From the NCBI RefSeq assembly GCF_009914755.1, contig NC_060933.1: 64,000 nt of DNA, one strand, 5' to 3'. Of this stretch, positions 1 through 16,640 are shown piece after piece. Made by a program: the position numbers and the translations under genes. The notes beneath the pieces are model-generated. The model saw only the letters and a list, made by a program, of their open reading frames with translations, had not been told where the DNA came from and made no database searches. The stretch comes from the human T2T-CHM13v2.0 reference genome, Homo sapiens. Each line of letters starts with the position of its first letter. The first letter of the stretch is position 1.

Positions 1-192
1 GGTCACATCCTATTTATAATAGGCAAAGCATAACCCTTCAGTGCCAATTAACAAATGCTTTATTAGGGTATTTGCGTGTTTATAACCATTGAATAATGTC
101 CTTGCAAAGCGGCATCTTGCTGTCTATTTTCAGGTACTTAATTAATGGCCTTGCTCCAGGATAAACACATCCTGTGTTAAATAAGACGATGA

Positions 193-527
<335 letters not shown>

Positions 528-916
528 TCATCCTCTATTTTTGGCCTTCATGTGTGGTAATGGTTTCAGAGATGTATGCTTATCCCCAAACTTATTGAGA
601 TGTACATATTACCCATGTACAGCTTTTTATGTCAACCAGACCTCAATAAAGTGGTTTTTAAAAAACTGTTTCTTGCATGTCATTGCATTAGACATTGCCC
701 TTCAACACAAAATTGTAAACAATTATTTTAAACAAAACTATCATAGCAGCCATTGAGAGGATGTTAATTCTGCCATTTCTCCTACAACTCATTCAGCCAC
801 ACTTGGAAGATTTTAAGAGGATACACATACCATAAATTAAATACAAGATGTTATGTTCTATCACACACATCAATATGTACTCTCTTTCAAGAATTCCAAG
901 AGCACTCTCTATATCA

Positions 917-1258
<342 letters not shown>

Positions 1259-1942
1259 AAAGCTTTCTTGTAATTTATTTGTTTTCAGAGTACAACTAAA
1301 TTATATTTAGCACATTTTGCAATTCCTTTTAAAAGTGATTGTCCTCGGTCAAAAGCATGTATTGAGTTTTCCCCAATCATGTGAATCATTTTAATTCAGG
1401 TATTTTGGTTGCTTCTGTTTCTAGGTTACCATTTGTACAGAACTCACAGTTCTCTATAGCTAGAAGATTGAAAGGCCTGGGTTTACCTGATGACAGATTT
1501 TAACAATATTTGGTTGCCTCTGCCTTGTTATCAGAATATTGAGAAATCCACCTGGCTAATCCTATTTAATATTACAGAACACTCCAAAGGCAGGACGTGA
1601 TATGTTAAACATTTGCAATGCTGCTTAGAAGTCTGCCTTGCTGCGATCATATTTTTAAATGGTTTATTTCACTGTCAAAATACAATGCATTTAGTCATCA
1701 TTAAATACATTTTTCTCTGCTTCTCGGCAGGTGCACAGCTTATTGGTCATGGGGAAAATTTGTCACGGTGCATAACTTAAAGGTGCCATAAAGTTTGCAC
1801 CTTCAGGAACACCTATGCATTGGTGCTCTTAAACAGCTTGCAGTGAGTTTTAGAAGCCAATGGATCTAATTTAGCACTACTGTGATCCTCTCTGAAAATA
1901 GAACTGTTATGTTTTCAATTAGCATATCTTTAATCAAAAGCT

Positions 1943-2065
1943 AGAGAAGGAAGGGAGGGAGGGAGAAAGGAAGGGAGGGAGGGGAGGGGAAGGGGGAAGG
2001 AGGGAGGGAGGAAGGAAGGAAGGAAGGAAGGAAGGAAGGAAGGAAGGAAGGAAGGAAGGAAGGAA
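1943..2065 (+). repeat. Polypurine tract ending in perfect (GGAA)14 at 2010-2065
   Basis: Direct count: 56 nt uninterrupted GGAA preceded by GGGA/GGAA mixed repeats. Confidence 0.97.
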
Positions 2066-2369
2066 TATCTAGGAAAAAAACAATTATTTGACAGTTTTAC
2101 TTAAAAGTGTCCCATATGTAGAACATTCTGCTCAGCTGTGGGACACTGAGCAGTAATAATACAAGGCACATTCCTGAAGAACAGTGTGTTTTGAGAGATG
2201 AGACAATCAAACATGGAATAATAAAGGTTATTTAAAGGAACACATATTTAGGAGGTTAATTGCATAGAAATAATTAAAGGGTCATAGAAGTTTAGAGAAG
2301 AGAGATCAATGTAGACTATAAATATGAGAAAAAGTTTCAAGAAGAAAACAAGACAGGAGCTGGACCTAA

Positions 2370-2691
<322 letters not shown>

Positions 2692-3152
2692 ACGGATGCT
2701 TAATATTCTAAGAGAAAGTTTCCAAATTTGGGAGTACTCTGGTATATACAGTCATAATTTCCATAGAAGTGGTATTACCTATATTTATATCTGCCTAAAT
2801 TGCCTTAGAAATAGCACATAAACAAGAATGTATCCCTGTGGCTATATTCAGAACCATGGAGCTGAAAGATATACAAAGTAGTCTGCCAATATTTAGTGTT
2901 TCTTGTTGTTCTCATGTCCCTGGACAAAATAAGATTCAATAAGTTAGGGAACCCTGGCACTCCAAATTCCTGCCTTGGAGCACCCCCTTGCCTAATATCC
3001 TATTAAAGGTCTGAGAAGTTGTGTTGAAAAGAAACTGTTTGGTTCTTTTTACTTTAGAATTCCCCAAAGCTTATCTGACCGTGGAATGCTTTTTTTTGCT
3101 CACAGATCACTTCTGTTAGCATGTCAAAGAATGGAACGCCATGGAACACAGT

Positions 3153-4168
3153 TTAGGAAATAGTGATCCACAGTAATAAGAAAATAAACAATCCACTAAA
3201 AAATGGACCAGAGACCTTAACAGACAAAGATGGAGAGATAAGCTTATCAAAAGATGCTCCACAGCATATGTCATCGGGGACATGCAAACTAAAACAATAA
3301 TGAGATACCTCTATATTGCCTGTTACAGTGGTCAAAATCCAGAATGCTGACGATACCAAATTGTGATGAGGATGTGGAGCAACAGGGACTCTCATTCATT
3401 GCTGGTGAGGATGCAAAATGCTTCAGCCTCTGTGGAAGACAGATTGGCAGTTTCTTGTGCACCAAACATAGTCTTACCCTAGGATCCAGTAATCAAGGTT
3501 TATGGTATTTACCCAAAGGATTTGAAAATGTATGTCCATACAAAAAACCTGCACACAGATGTTTAAAGGAATTTTATTCATAATTACCAAAACTTGGAAG
3601 TAACCAAGATGTCCTTTAGTAGATGAATGGATAAATTGTGGTACATCCAGACAATGGAATACTATTCACTGCTAAAATGATATGAGCTATCAAGCCATGA
3701 AAAACCATGGAGGAACCCTAAATGCTTATGACTAAGTCAAAGAAGTGTATCTGAAAAGGCTACAAACTCTGATTTCCACTATGACATTGTGGAAAAGGCA
3801 AAACTATGGAAACAGTGAAAGAATCAGTGGTTGCTGGGTGTTAGAGAAGAGGGAGGCATGAACGGGTAGAGCATGGAGAATTTTTAGGGCAGTGAAACTG
3901 TTATATATAACATTATCATGGTGGCTACAATTATAAATTTGTCCACATTCTCAGAATGTACCTAGTAGGAGTGAACTCTAATGTAAACTATGAACTCTGG
4001 GTGACGATGTGTCAATGTAGATTCATCAATTGGAGCAAATGTACTCCCACTATGGTGGGAGATATTAATCATGGGGGAGACTCTGCGTGTGGGGGCAGAG
4101 GTTATATAAGAAATCTCTGTATCTTCTGCTCAATAATACTGTGAACCTAAAACTGCTCTAAAAAACAA
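3153..4168 (+). mobile_element. Old L1 (L1MC-like) ORF2 3' end and 3'UTR
   Basis: L1 motifs AAAAGATGCTC...AATGAGATACC, GAATGGATAAATTGTGGTACATCC, ending GTGAACCTAAAACTGCTCTAAAAAA. Confidence 0.85.
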
Positions 4169-4176
4169 TCTATTCG

Positions 4177-4342
4177 CTATGTGCAGTGACACATATCTGT
4201 ATTCCCAGCTATTCAGGAGGCTGAAGCAGAAGGATAACTTGGGCCCAGGAGTTCAAAGCTATACTGCACCATGATTGTACTTATGAATAGCCACTGAGCT
4301 CCAGCCTGGACAACATAGCAAGACCCTGTCTCAAAAAAAAAA
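4177..4342 (+). mobile_element. FAM-like fossil Alu monomer
   Basis: Single monomer retaining 7SL-derived ATGAATAGCCACTG segment, poly-A. Confidence 0.8.
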
Positions 4343-4844
4343 TCCAGTCAAGTAGGCATTATACACCAGTGAAATCTGGTTCACATATGTGTTTTGTTTG
4401 CCACCTTACCTACTTATATTATCTGTCTCGTACAAAGTTCTGTCTAAAAAAATTAAAAAAGGAGAAATCGGTATTGAGAGCTATTATGCCATTTGCTCAA
4501 GACCCCATGGCAGAGTTAATGGTACAGTGAGCCATAGAAGCCAAGTCTCCTCAACTCCAGTCTCCAGCTTGTTCTACAAGCTTATCTATGTACTGATACT
4601 CTCAGAAAGACAGATGAACAGACTGGAACAGTATCAAAACTGGTCTGGAGAGGAAAAAAATAGGAGCCTAAAGTCTAACCTACTCAAATATGGCCAAATA
4701 CAAGTAAAATTCTAAAAACTTGATTAAAGAAAAGCACTATGTGATTTTTAAAGTGTAAAATTGTTCAAACGCATACAGATGGTCCCAGTAAGAATTTGCA
4801 ATCACTAACCAATTCCATAGGAATATCTGGTCCACTTTTTTCCT

Positions 4845-5148
4845 TTTATTATTTATTTATTTATTTTGAGACAGAGTCTTGCTTTGTTGCCCAGGCTGGA
4901 GTGGAGAGGTGCAATTATGGCTCACTGCAACCTCTGCCTCCTGGGCTCAGCAACCCTCCTACCTTAGCCTCCTGAGTAGCTGGGACGACAGACACATGTC
5001 ACCACGCCTGGCTAATTTCTGTATTTTTTGTAGAGACAGGGTCTCACTATGATGCCCAGGCTGGTCTCAAACTCCTAAACTCAAGCGAACAGCCCACTTT
5101 GGCCTCCCAAAATGCTAGGATTACAGGCATGAGCCACTCCGCCCAGCC
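4845..5148 (-). mobile_element. Alu (AluJ-like)
   Basis: Antisense Alu, TSD TGGTCCACTTTT. Confidence 0.92.
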
Positions 5149-5326
5149 TGGTCCACTTTTTTAAACCAAACAAATCTCTTATTTCTCCTTGGGAATGGGT
5201 GCACTTCCACCTTATTCTTGCTTTGAAATGACAGACATTAAAATGAATTACGGTTGAATGCAGTGTATGGAGAAAAATCCAGTGCAGTCAAAACATGTGA
5301 GAGCCACAGCTCCCACTTGTCATCTC

Positions 5327-5640
5327 TTTTTGTTTCTTTCTTTCTTTTTTTTTTTTTTTTTGACGGAGTCTCGCTCTGTCGCCCAGGCTGGACTGCAGTG
5401 GCGCAATCTCGGCTCACTGCAAGCTCTGCCTCCTGGGTTCACGCCATTCTCCTGCCTCAGCCGCCTGAGTAGCTGGGACTACAGGCGCCCACCACCACGC
5501 CCTGCTAATTTTTTGTATTTTTAGTAGAGACGGGGTTTCACCGTGTTAGCTGGGATGGTCTTGATCTCCTGACCTCGTGATCCGCCCGCCTCGGCCTCCC
5601 AAAGTGCTGGGATTACAGGCATGAGCCACTGCACCCGGCC
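5327..5640 (-). mobile_element. Alu (AluY-like)
   Basis: CpG-rich antisense Alu, TTCACGCCATTCTCC diagnostic. Confidence 0.95.
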
Positions 5641-6315
5641 GTGTCACCTCTTTTTGGATTGAAGTTCCTGTGATCCATGCTGCTTGACAGTTGCCTAACA
5701 ACTGTCAATTAACCATTAACAAGCTGTCAACTATTTTAAGTTTTGTCTTTTTTAACATTTTTAAGTGTGATTCCTTCTTTTATGTCTTTAATCATTTTAA
5801 GCATTCTTATTTTACAGTCTCTATCCAATTGTCCTGTTATCTGAAGTTAGTGGGAGTGAAAGTACATTGGTTATTTATTAAATCTGCTGTACCTAATTAT
5901 GCTACATTGGTTCCTCAAAGGTTTTGCAGTCTTCCATTGTGAGCTCATCTTCAATGGGGCTTGGTTATTCTCCCTGGCGTGAGATGAGGACAGGTCTCTC
6001 CAGAAGAGTTCACCAGTGGAGAAACACTTATTCGACTAAGATGATTTTGGACCAATCAAGAAATGTGAATTTTAAACGCAATTCCGTGTGAGGATGAGGT
6101 CTGAGGTTATATAAACTCTCATGGATTTTATGGCAGATCAGCTTTTTGTTATCAGTTTTCGTAAGTGGGTAAATTTTCATCAAGGCTACCTCTTACTGAA
6201 AGTTTTGTCTTTTGGAGACAAAAGTGCTAAAAGTCTCATCTCCTGTCTCACTTGGGTATTAAAAACCCAACCCAACCCTATCCCCCATGCTGTCAGAGCT
6301 GGTTGTATCTTCCGT

Positions 6316-6615
6316 ATTTATTTATTTATTTTTGAGATGACGTCTCACTCTGTCGCCCAGGCTGGAGTGCAATGACACGATCTTGGCTCACTGCAACCTC
6401 TGTCCCCTGAGTTCAAGCAATTCTCCTGTCTCGGCCTCCTAAGTAGCTGGGATTACAGGCATGTGCCACCACGCTCAGCTAATTCTTTTGTATTTTTGTA
6501 AAGATGGGGTTTCACCATGTTGCCAGGCTGGTCTCGAACTCCTGACCTCAAGTGATCCACCTGCCTCGGCCTCCCAAAGTGCTGGGATTACAGGTGTGAG
6601 CCACTGTGGCCCGCC
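6316..6615 (-). mobile_element. Alu (AluS)
   Basis: Antisense Alu with (ATTT)n tail. Confidence 0.92.
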
Positions 6616-7706
6616 TCTTCCTTACTTTCTTTCAGAGGCAGATGTACATTTAAATGATGCTTGCTCTATGTTATTAATATGTTTCTAGTACCCTGTAGCT
6701 AGAGGGTTTTTGAGTTTCTTGTTCACCATCCTGCCAGATTCAGAACACCCTTTACCCTCCATTGTGTGGTTTCTGTCAGAGTCTTAAGGGAACAGATCAG
6801 GTTGGTTGGATTTTCTTGTATGCCTCACTCAGCAAATGTATGAAAAATACATAAAACTATTATAGGTTCAAGGTTTTCCAATGACCTGGAAAAGGTTCTT
6901 GTTTATTCTTTTCTGGGACCTTTTTTATTTTTAATAATAAATAGTGTTTGTAAACAAATTGAAGATGCAAAAGTGAAGGGGGGTTTTTTTGGTCAAATAC
7001 GAGATCCTTAAAAAACCACTTTTCTGTGCAGCAACCATTGATGTCAGGAACTAACACACTGAGTACCTCATCCCATCCTTTGGATCCGCCAGCAGTGACA
7101 ATGAACTTGAAAGCCTCTTGTTGCTTTAAGGAACTTTTCTAAGAGAGAAAAGGGAATCAGCTCAACATTTCTTGGACAGATATTAGGGACCTGGCCCATT
7201 CCAATTACCACACGAAAGTCCTTCCAAACTCTAGGAAGGCCAGCACAATTATTGGTCAACTGTTTAATTCATGTTTGTTTTACTCGGCATCCTATTTTAA
7301 CCAGAATTTACAATACCATAAAGTTGCATTTTATGTGATTTTGTACACACACACACTCAACTATAACGATGAATGAAGTGCTATGGTGGATATGTATAGT
7401 GTCTCTATGCCCCTTTTTATTATTCTTGGAGCATAATCTTACTGCTTTGTATTTCCAAGGAGGTTATAGTTGCTGAGCCTTGGCTTTCATGACATATTTT
7501 TGTTTACTGCCACGATTTATTTGATGCCAAATTCTTGGTCAGTAGTATGGCTTCCAATTATTGTATTCTTTAATGGAAAATAGCTTTCTGTTATACCAGG
7601 AACTGCATAATGCTCAAGATTCCTGAAATGTATTTTGGTTACAAGTAAAGACCACCTGTATATCAGGATGTTATTGTAGTTAATTCATTACACTAAAAAG
7701 CAGTTA

Positions 7707-8008
<302 letters not shown>

Positions 8009-8088
8009 AGCAATTAATCCAGAATTAAATATTCCCTGTGTGCCTAGTCCCACACTCCTGAACTTTTTGAGTTATTCTAAGACACAAA

Positions 8089-8545
<457 letters not shown>

Positions 8546-8877
8546 TAAGATATAACTTTTTAAAAAGATGTATTTAAGTTATAACTTTGTAATAGATGAA
8601 ATAATCTGTTAATACTTGAAAAATTAATCACACGTGCAAAAGCTTGGATAGGATTGTAGGGGTGTTTTTTAAAGCTTAAGAGGGTGAGGTAGACTAAAAG
8701 GAGGGGGTGGAGTGAAGGTGGGCAGAAGAGATGGGCAATGCATTTTCAACTGTTTTGCCTTTCTTTGCCCCCCTGGATTAGGGGATTGGTTGTAGTTAGG
8801 CAGTTCCACTTCCTGACTTTATTCTAAGAAATGTAAGCAGGAAATTAAAAAAAAAACCCAAGTAGATCCTTTTTTAA

Positions 8878-9250
<373 letters not shown>

Positions 9251-9306
9251 CTTTTCCCTGTGTCTTTTTCACTGCCATCCTTGTTACTCAATAAATAATT
9301 AAGTGA

Positions 9307-9742
<436 letters not shown>

Positions 9743-10348
9743 TTAGAGCTCTTGGTATGTGAATACAGCATTGAATGGATCAAAGATTATTGTTGTCTTT
9801 GCAAATCTTCAAACTGACAGAACCTTTTGGAAAAATTTATGGCAAGTTTGTCTTTTTTTAAAAGCAATGTTTCTATAAATCCTACCAAAGTGCTATGAAT
9901 AAGGCTGTAAATCACTTTACTGGCTTGAGTAATGGGACTTTTATTTCATGAAACCATGCCAGGAAACCTAGAGGCTTTCACTGATATTGAATCTTCTGTA
10001 ATATTTAATACCTATCCAACCCAAAAAGATGAATTTTGATACTGACTAAAAATATTTTTACCACAATTTTTGCTGAAAGGAAAATAAATAGAAATCAATG
10101 GTGTTAAGTTGGATGGTCTGAAAGAGGTTCATTAGTCATCAGAAGAGAAAAAAATTAGAAGCACTAGAAAATAAATCAATGTGGATATAAGTTCAGATTT
10201 TATCTGTAATTATGATTGGTACATCCATTTCTAATGGATGAATAATGCTGACCGCTTCTTTCTGGGTGACATTTTTCTGTCTTGCTTGATGTTTATTTGA
10301 CAAAACAGAAAGAAACTCTTTTGAATGTCTTATTCTCCTTTTTAATTA

Positions 10349-10402
10349 TTAGGTTGGTGTGAAAGTGATTGTGGTTTTTGCCATTATTTTGGGGCCAACT
10401 AA
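10349..10402. mobile_element. MADE1 (Hsmar1 MITE), internally deleted
   Basis: TTAGGTTGGTGTGAAAGTGATTGTGGTTTTTGCCATTA ... CCAACTAA flanked by TA. Confidence 0.75.
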
Positions 10403-11449
10403 TATATTCAAATATTCTTACAAGGAATGTAGAATCTGGTAGCCAGCTGCATAAAATCTCAATAGTCAATGAGTCCTGTAGGAAGAAAAGTGTACATGTT
10501 ATACAAAAGCTAAATTTGCACATGCTAGCAAAATGAGTGACACATACACTACCATGAGGCACCTCCATGACAATTCAGTTAGGAACCTGATTGACATTCT
10601 GAGCCTTGAGTTTTGCAAATGCTGTTTAGTGTTACCAATCTTTTGCTTCAGGTAGTGACAGAACCTAAATGAAATTGGTCCAGGCATAAAAGAAATTAGG
10701 CTAAAGGCAAAAGTAAACCTGTAATGCCAGATCACTGGTCAGTGACTTGTAAGTGCTTATTTGCACACTGCCTGTTTTTACAAAGAATTTAATGCATTCA
10801 ATACCACAGGGCTCAATATATGAAAATTGGGGGAAAATAACCTGAGCCAGAGAGAAAGTAGGACTAGGGAGGACAGGCAAAAACACAGGCGATGGCGGCT
10901 TAAACCTGGGATCAAAAACTCCTAGTTCAGATGGCCAGGCAGGTAATGTGAAGCCCCTCATCTTTAAAACCTTGCACTACAAAAGGGCTGAGAGACTGGA
11001 GAAATCTTGGGAGAAGGTATCTGAGAGATACTGCAAATCACTCACAGCTCAGCAGGAAGTGAGTAATGTGCATTTGCTATTTTGTTTGTGAATATTCATT
11101 TCTGCTCTGAAAAAGAAGAAAAATGGGATGAAGGAAAATCATAGGATGTGTTAAGCATAGATAAGGAAGTTAGGGACCTACCAGACCAAGAAGACAGCAA
11201 ATCTTCATGATGCGATACATACTGTATGCCAGAAGCATAATGAGGCACTCCATATGCAGGAAGTCTTAATTCACCACCCGTTGATGATGCCCATTCTGGC
11301 TCCACCTGTTCTCTGCCCAAGAAACAAACGAACAAAACAAAACCCCTTAGCTGCTCATCAGATCAACTGGCAAGCTCCAGCTACTGGCCAGGCATTCTTG
11401 CCCCTCTGTATTTGCCTGGGCTCATATGCTACTGTTCCAAGGTTCTGCC

Positions 11450-12900
11450 ACTAGTACTCTTCTTTTTCAATCCTGCACACCCTGTCCTTAGGTGGTCTCA
11501 TCCCCTTCTATGCCTGCAGTGCCCCTGGAATATACACCAGGTTCACTTTCTCCCCATCCCTCAGGTACCCATCACCCATCTCCCAGACATCTCCTGGACA
11601 TAATCTAGATGCCCCATGGGTAACTCAATCTTCGTAATCCTAAGACTGACCTCATCTTCTCTCCCCAAACTACCTGTATTTCAGCCTACATGGCAGCAAG
11701 ATGTACCTAATCACTCAACCAAAACTTGGGGTGTCACCCGGACTGTGTCCTTTTCCTCAGGTACCAAGGTCTCAGGTCCTGTGATTTCTACTTCCTTAAA
11801 GTATCTCATTAGTTTTCTATACCCACCATCTGTGCTAAATTAGTATTAATTAACTATCTTTAGAGTGATACAGCCACATGCTGAGCATGATGGACAAGGA
11901 CCTTCAAGCTCTACCTTGGTTCACCCCTCCATCTCATCTGAGTTCTGGGCATGATGGAAGAGACTCTTCTCCTCTCCACTCTTGCCTCTTGCCATTACCT
12001 TGCCTTGGTCGTGATTACCTACAGATGCCTGAATGAGTCATAGTCTTTCTCATATCCAGGATTGTACCCTTGCTGTTTTCCTCTGCCTAGATGCCCTCCT
12101 TTCCAACCCCCACTGTCCAATAACCCACCACCGCAATTGTCCACCATTTTATCCTGCTTACTCTTATTCTCTTTTCAAATTTTTCATGAGATGTCAGCTT
12201 CTCTAGGAAACTTCCCTGAAATCCCAGCCTTCCCTCCACCCTCACCCTCCACTGGCCCTTATCTGAATTAAGCACTCTCCCTGCTTGTTTTCTTCGTCTT
12301 CTGAGGCTCCTTTCTCGTTATGCTGTCACTCAGGGGTCCAGAGGGCAGAGATGGAATGCTCAAATTAGGACAATTCAGGGAGGTGTGGGAGAGGTGCAGG
12401 GGGACCATAAGGGATGGAGCAGGAACCCAAGGTAGTAATAGCAGAGCTGGCACCAACCCTAGGCTCAAAAAGACAAAGGAGAGAGAGTGGTTACCAAAAC
12501 CCAGAAAGAGAAAACCCGGTAAAAGACGGGACCTGGTGAGGAGCAGCAACCTGTGTTTGGCTGTGGACTGTGGCAATCTTGCAGGGAGGAGAGCAGAGGA
12601 ATGACTATCTTGGCTTCACTCTCCTTCCTTCTCCTTCATCTCATGTCAGGTGCCCCATTGGCTAAACCTACCAGCAACCAGAGGACAAGGAATGCATTAA
12701 AATAATCTTACGGCTCAGAGAGTAGATTAGATGTAGAGTGACAAATGGATTATATTTAGCACAATCGCAGGTCTATTTGTTGATCCGTCTCCCTCATCAG
12801 ACTGAGTTACCTGAGGACAGAGAATGTTTCTCTTATATCTGTATCCCTAACATTTGGTGGACACTAGATACTCAAGAAATGCTTATGGACGGGATCAGAG
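11450..12900 (+). mobile_element. Degenerate L2 fragments, probably interrupted by a MaLR fragment (~12320-12740)
   Basis: Pyrimidine-rich L2-like text ending in L2 3'-end-like GATACTCAAGAAATGCTT; MLT1-like CCCATTGGCTAAACC. Confidence 0.5.
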
Positions 12901-13124
12901 AAGATGGTAAATTGGGCATTAGATGGAGGTTTGTGCTTTCTGAGCTTGCCGCATGCTTTCTGGCGAATCCAAGGCAAAATGAGAAACAGAATGAGCTCTG
13001 TACTTTTGTCTGGTAAAAGAAAATATGATTTGGTGAGAAGAAATGAATACTTTTAGCACTCAGTGCTGGGAGGAACTGGAATCAGTCATGTGACTGCCTC
13101 TATCAGAGGCTCTCAACTGCGTAA

Positions 13125-13440
<316 letters not shown>

Positions 13441-14354
13441 GGAAACATTCTTAAAAATATTAGCCCTTGATAAAACCAAAGCCATGTTACAAAAAAGCAA
13501 CCAAAAGGTGGAAATGAGATAATATGGTCCACTTTGAGCTGAGAACATCTTGCCAGAAAATGATTGTCTCAGACTTCAAATCTGACCTCCTACATAAACC
13601 TTCAGTGCAATCCTCCCTGTATTATCTCTTCTCTCATCAGCCAAAAGATGGAAAGGATAAACTGAGGAACTTACGCTGGAGGAGCATGGATTCATTAGAT
13701 GGCAGAAACCTGGGTTTCTGAATGACTACTGTGGAGCTGATCTCTGCTTATGCCCTGCAAACCTTTGTGCTGAGAGCAAGTAACACATTTTTAATGTGTT
13801 AAACCTCTGGGATTTGTTGGGTCTTATAGCAATGGTTATTTTACCCTAATACGACTGTAAAATAATGTTCTAAAATCTACAGTCGGGTTTGTTTAAAATA
13901 TTATCGCCATCATTATTATAATCCATAGTCCATATCATAATTATTTTTATAGAAGTCCTTCTCAACTGGCATCTCATAATTTGTGGCTTCTTATATTGTT
14001 GCCTTCTATGTGTGAGATGCCTCTCTGAGTCCTTTTTGCTAGGGACATGATAGAAAATAAAATATCCAACATTCTGGTGTATTTTATAATGTACAAAGTC
14101 CTGTTTCATGCATTATCTCTTTAGATTCTCCCAACAAACCCAAGGAATATGTAAGGGTCTATAATCATCTTCATTTCACAGGTGATGAAACTGAGACGTT
14201 TACATGTAAAGTGGAAATAACCACTTATTTATTTATTTATTTATTAAATAAAAACCCCGCTAATTTATTTAAAGATTAATTGAGAGAATTATTTCATCTG
14301 TCTGGAACCTGGTATGTGTTAAGAGAAAAGTTTTCTTAATTTTTCTTTTTAAGA

Positions 14355-14607
14355 AGATAATCTATTGCTACATAACAAACCACTCTGAAATAATGACTTA
14401 AAACATTAAAAGTCATTGATTTTGCTCACAGAACTTGAACTGGAAGATATAAACAACTGGGAGTGAGGGTGGGGCTGGACAGCTGGCTTCTCTGGGCATC
14501 TCTCGTTCTTTCTGTGGTTTTGTCACATGTCTCTACATGGCAGCCCTAGGGTAATCATGACAGCTGAAGGCTTTAGAGTGGGTGGAGGGGGAGAGGGAGG
14601 GAGGGAA

Positions 14608-14639
<32 letters not shown>

Positions 14640-14828
14640 GCAAGCAGGCAGAAGCTCTAATGCCTTATGACCTAACCTTGGAAATAAATTACACTGTGCC
14701 ACTGCCACTACCTTTTCTTAGAAGCAAGCAGATAGGGTTGGTGAATATTTATTGAGAGGGGAATTAGACTCCACCTCTTGATTGGGGGAGTGTCAAAGAA
14801 TTTGTGAATATGTTTTTAAATGACCACA
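14355..14828 (-). mobile_element. MLT1-type MaLR LTR with internal (GA)n
   Basis: TCTATTGCTACATAACAAACCAC...TAGACTCCACCTCTTGAT...TTTTTAAATGACCACA. Confidence 0.7.
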
Positions 14829-15384
14829 TTTCCCCTTTCTAAAATGCTTGTCTAAATTGGTGTACACAAAAAGCTCGGGGGTTAGTGACTCATCCAAGGT
14901 TATTAAGCTGTTAAATGGTTCCACCAATACTAGATCTAATTTTGTGACTCCAAATTTCATGCTCTTTTTCACTACTCCAGATAATCTCCGGTGAACATCA
15001 TTGTCCATTAGGGTAGTTAAGACATTCTAGCTGCCAAATAGATTCAGTCCTTTTAATTGCCTCGGACAATATATTTTTTATTTTGCAGAAAATAAATATT
15101 ACCCATATGGCAGTCATCCATAAACACCTTCCAAGTTTATCCCAAACATCTGTGTTTTAAATTTTTTCTCCCAACAGATGTATTCATTTGCATTTTCCCA
15201 GATGAATCACTCTTTTTTTGTTGTTGTTGTTATTTTTGACTGTATTTCTCACCTCTCAAGACCCTTTTGTATTATCAAGCCCACTGCTTAAGCTAATACC
15301 ATCTCCCAATTTGGGGACTTCCCCTTGATTCCTGTGTGCCCTTCCTGTGGGTCATTAATGCAATGTTATTTAAGACTAGGATTT

Positions 15385-15683
<299 letters not shown>

Positions 15684-16064
15684 AGACTAGGATTTGACAT
15701 AAGGCCTGAGGGGTATTCTTTTGTTTTGTTTTGCCTTGTTTTCAAGAGGCCAAAATCTTCACAGTTGAAAATTTCTGTTGAACCACAGAGATTTGAACCA
15801 ACTCAGTTTAGAAAGCCTGGGGATTTGAACAACGGTATGGATCGGAAATCTCTTCATCTGTCAGTTTTCATCATTCTAGGCAGTAAAATAGATTTCCCTT
15901 TAGGAGCTTTTCACCGTTTGGGGTTCTCCAGCAGTGGGATGTGGGGAATCAACCCTTCTTCGTCTCCACCCAAACATTAGGTGGGAGCAAGGGGTGGGAA
16001 GTAGAGAAAGTGGATAGAGGTCTCCAGTGGATATGGGATCTTTGTGTAGACCAGCACAGTCCTC

Positions 16065-16640
16065 AGAAATCTCATGCAAGCAACATAGGTACTGTTATAT
16101 TTTCTAGTGGCCACCTTTTAAAAAGTAAACAGGTGAGGCCGGGCGCGGTGGCTCACGCCTGTAATCCCAGCACTTTGGGAGGCCCAGGCGGGCGGATCAC
16201 GAGGTCAAGAGATGGAGACCATCCTGGTCGACACGGTGAAACCCCGTCTCTACTAAAAATACAAAAATTAGCTGGGCATGGTGACGCGCGACTGTAGTCC
16301 TAGCTACTGGGGAGGCCGAGGCAGGAGAATCACTTGAACCCTGGAGGTGGAGGTTGCCACGCTCCACTACACTCCAGCCTGGCGACAGAGTGAGACTCCG
16401 TCTCAAAAAAAAGAAAGTAAACAGGTGAAATTAATTTTAATAATATATTTTGTTTAACCCAACGTATCCAAAATACTATCATTTGAAAGTGTAATGAATA
16501 TAAAAATATTCATGAGATATTTTTCATTCTCATATCCATACTGTCTTGGACTCTAATGTGTATTTTACACTTACAGCACAATTAATTTGGGACTAGCTAC
16601 ATTTCAGCTCAACAATAGCCAATAGCATATGGGATAGCGC
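16065..16640. mobile_element. MER33 (hAT-Charlie) split by an Alu
   Basis: TTTTCTAGTGGCCAC...AAACAGGTGAAATTAATTTTAATAATATATTTT...GTGTATTTTACACTTACAGCACA. Confidence 0.8.
16137..16413 (+). mobile_element. Alu (AluSc-like) nested in MER33
   Basis: Sense Alu; TSD AAAGTAAACAGGTGA. Confidence 0.95.
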
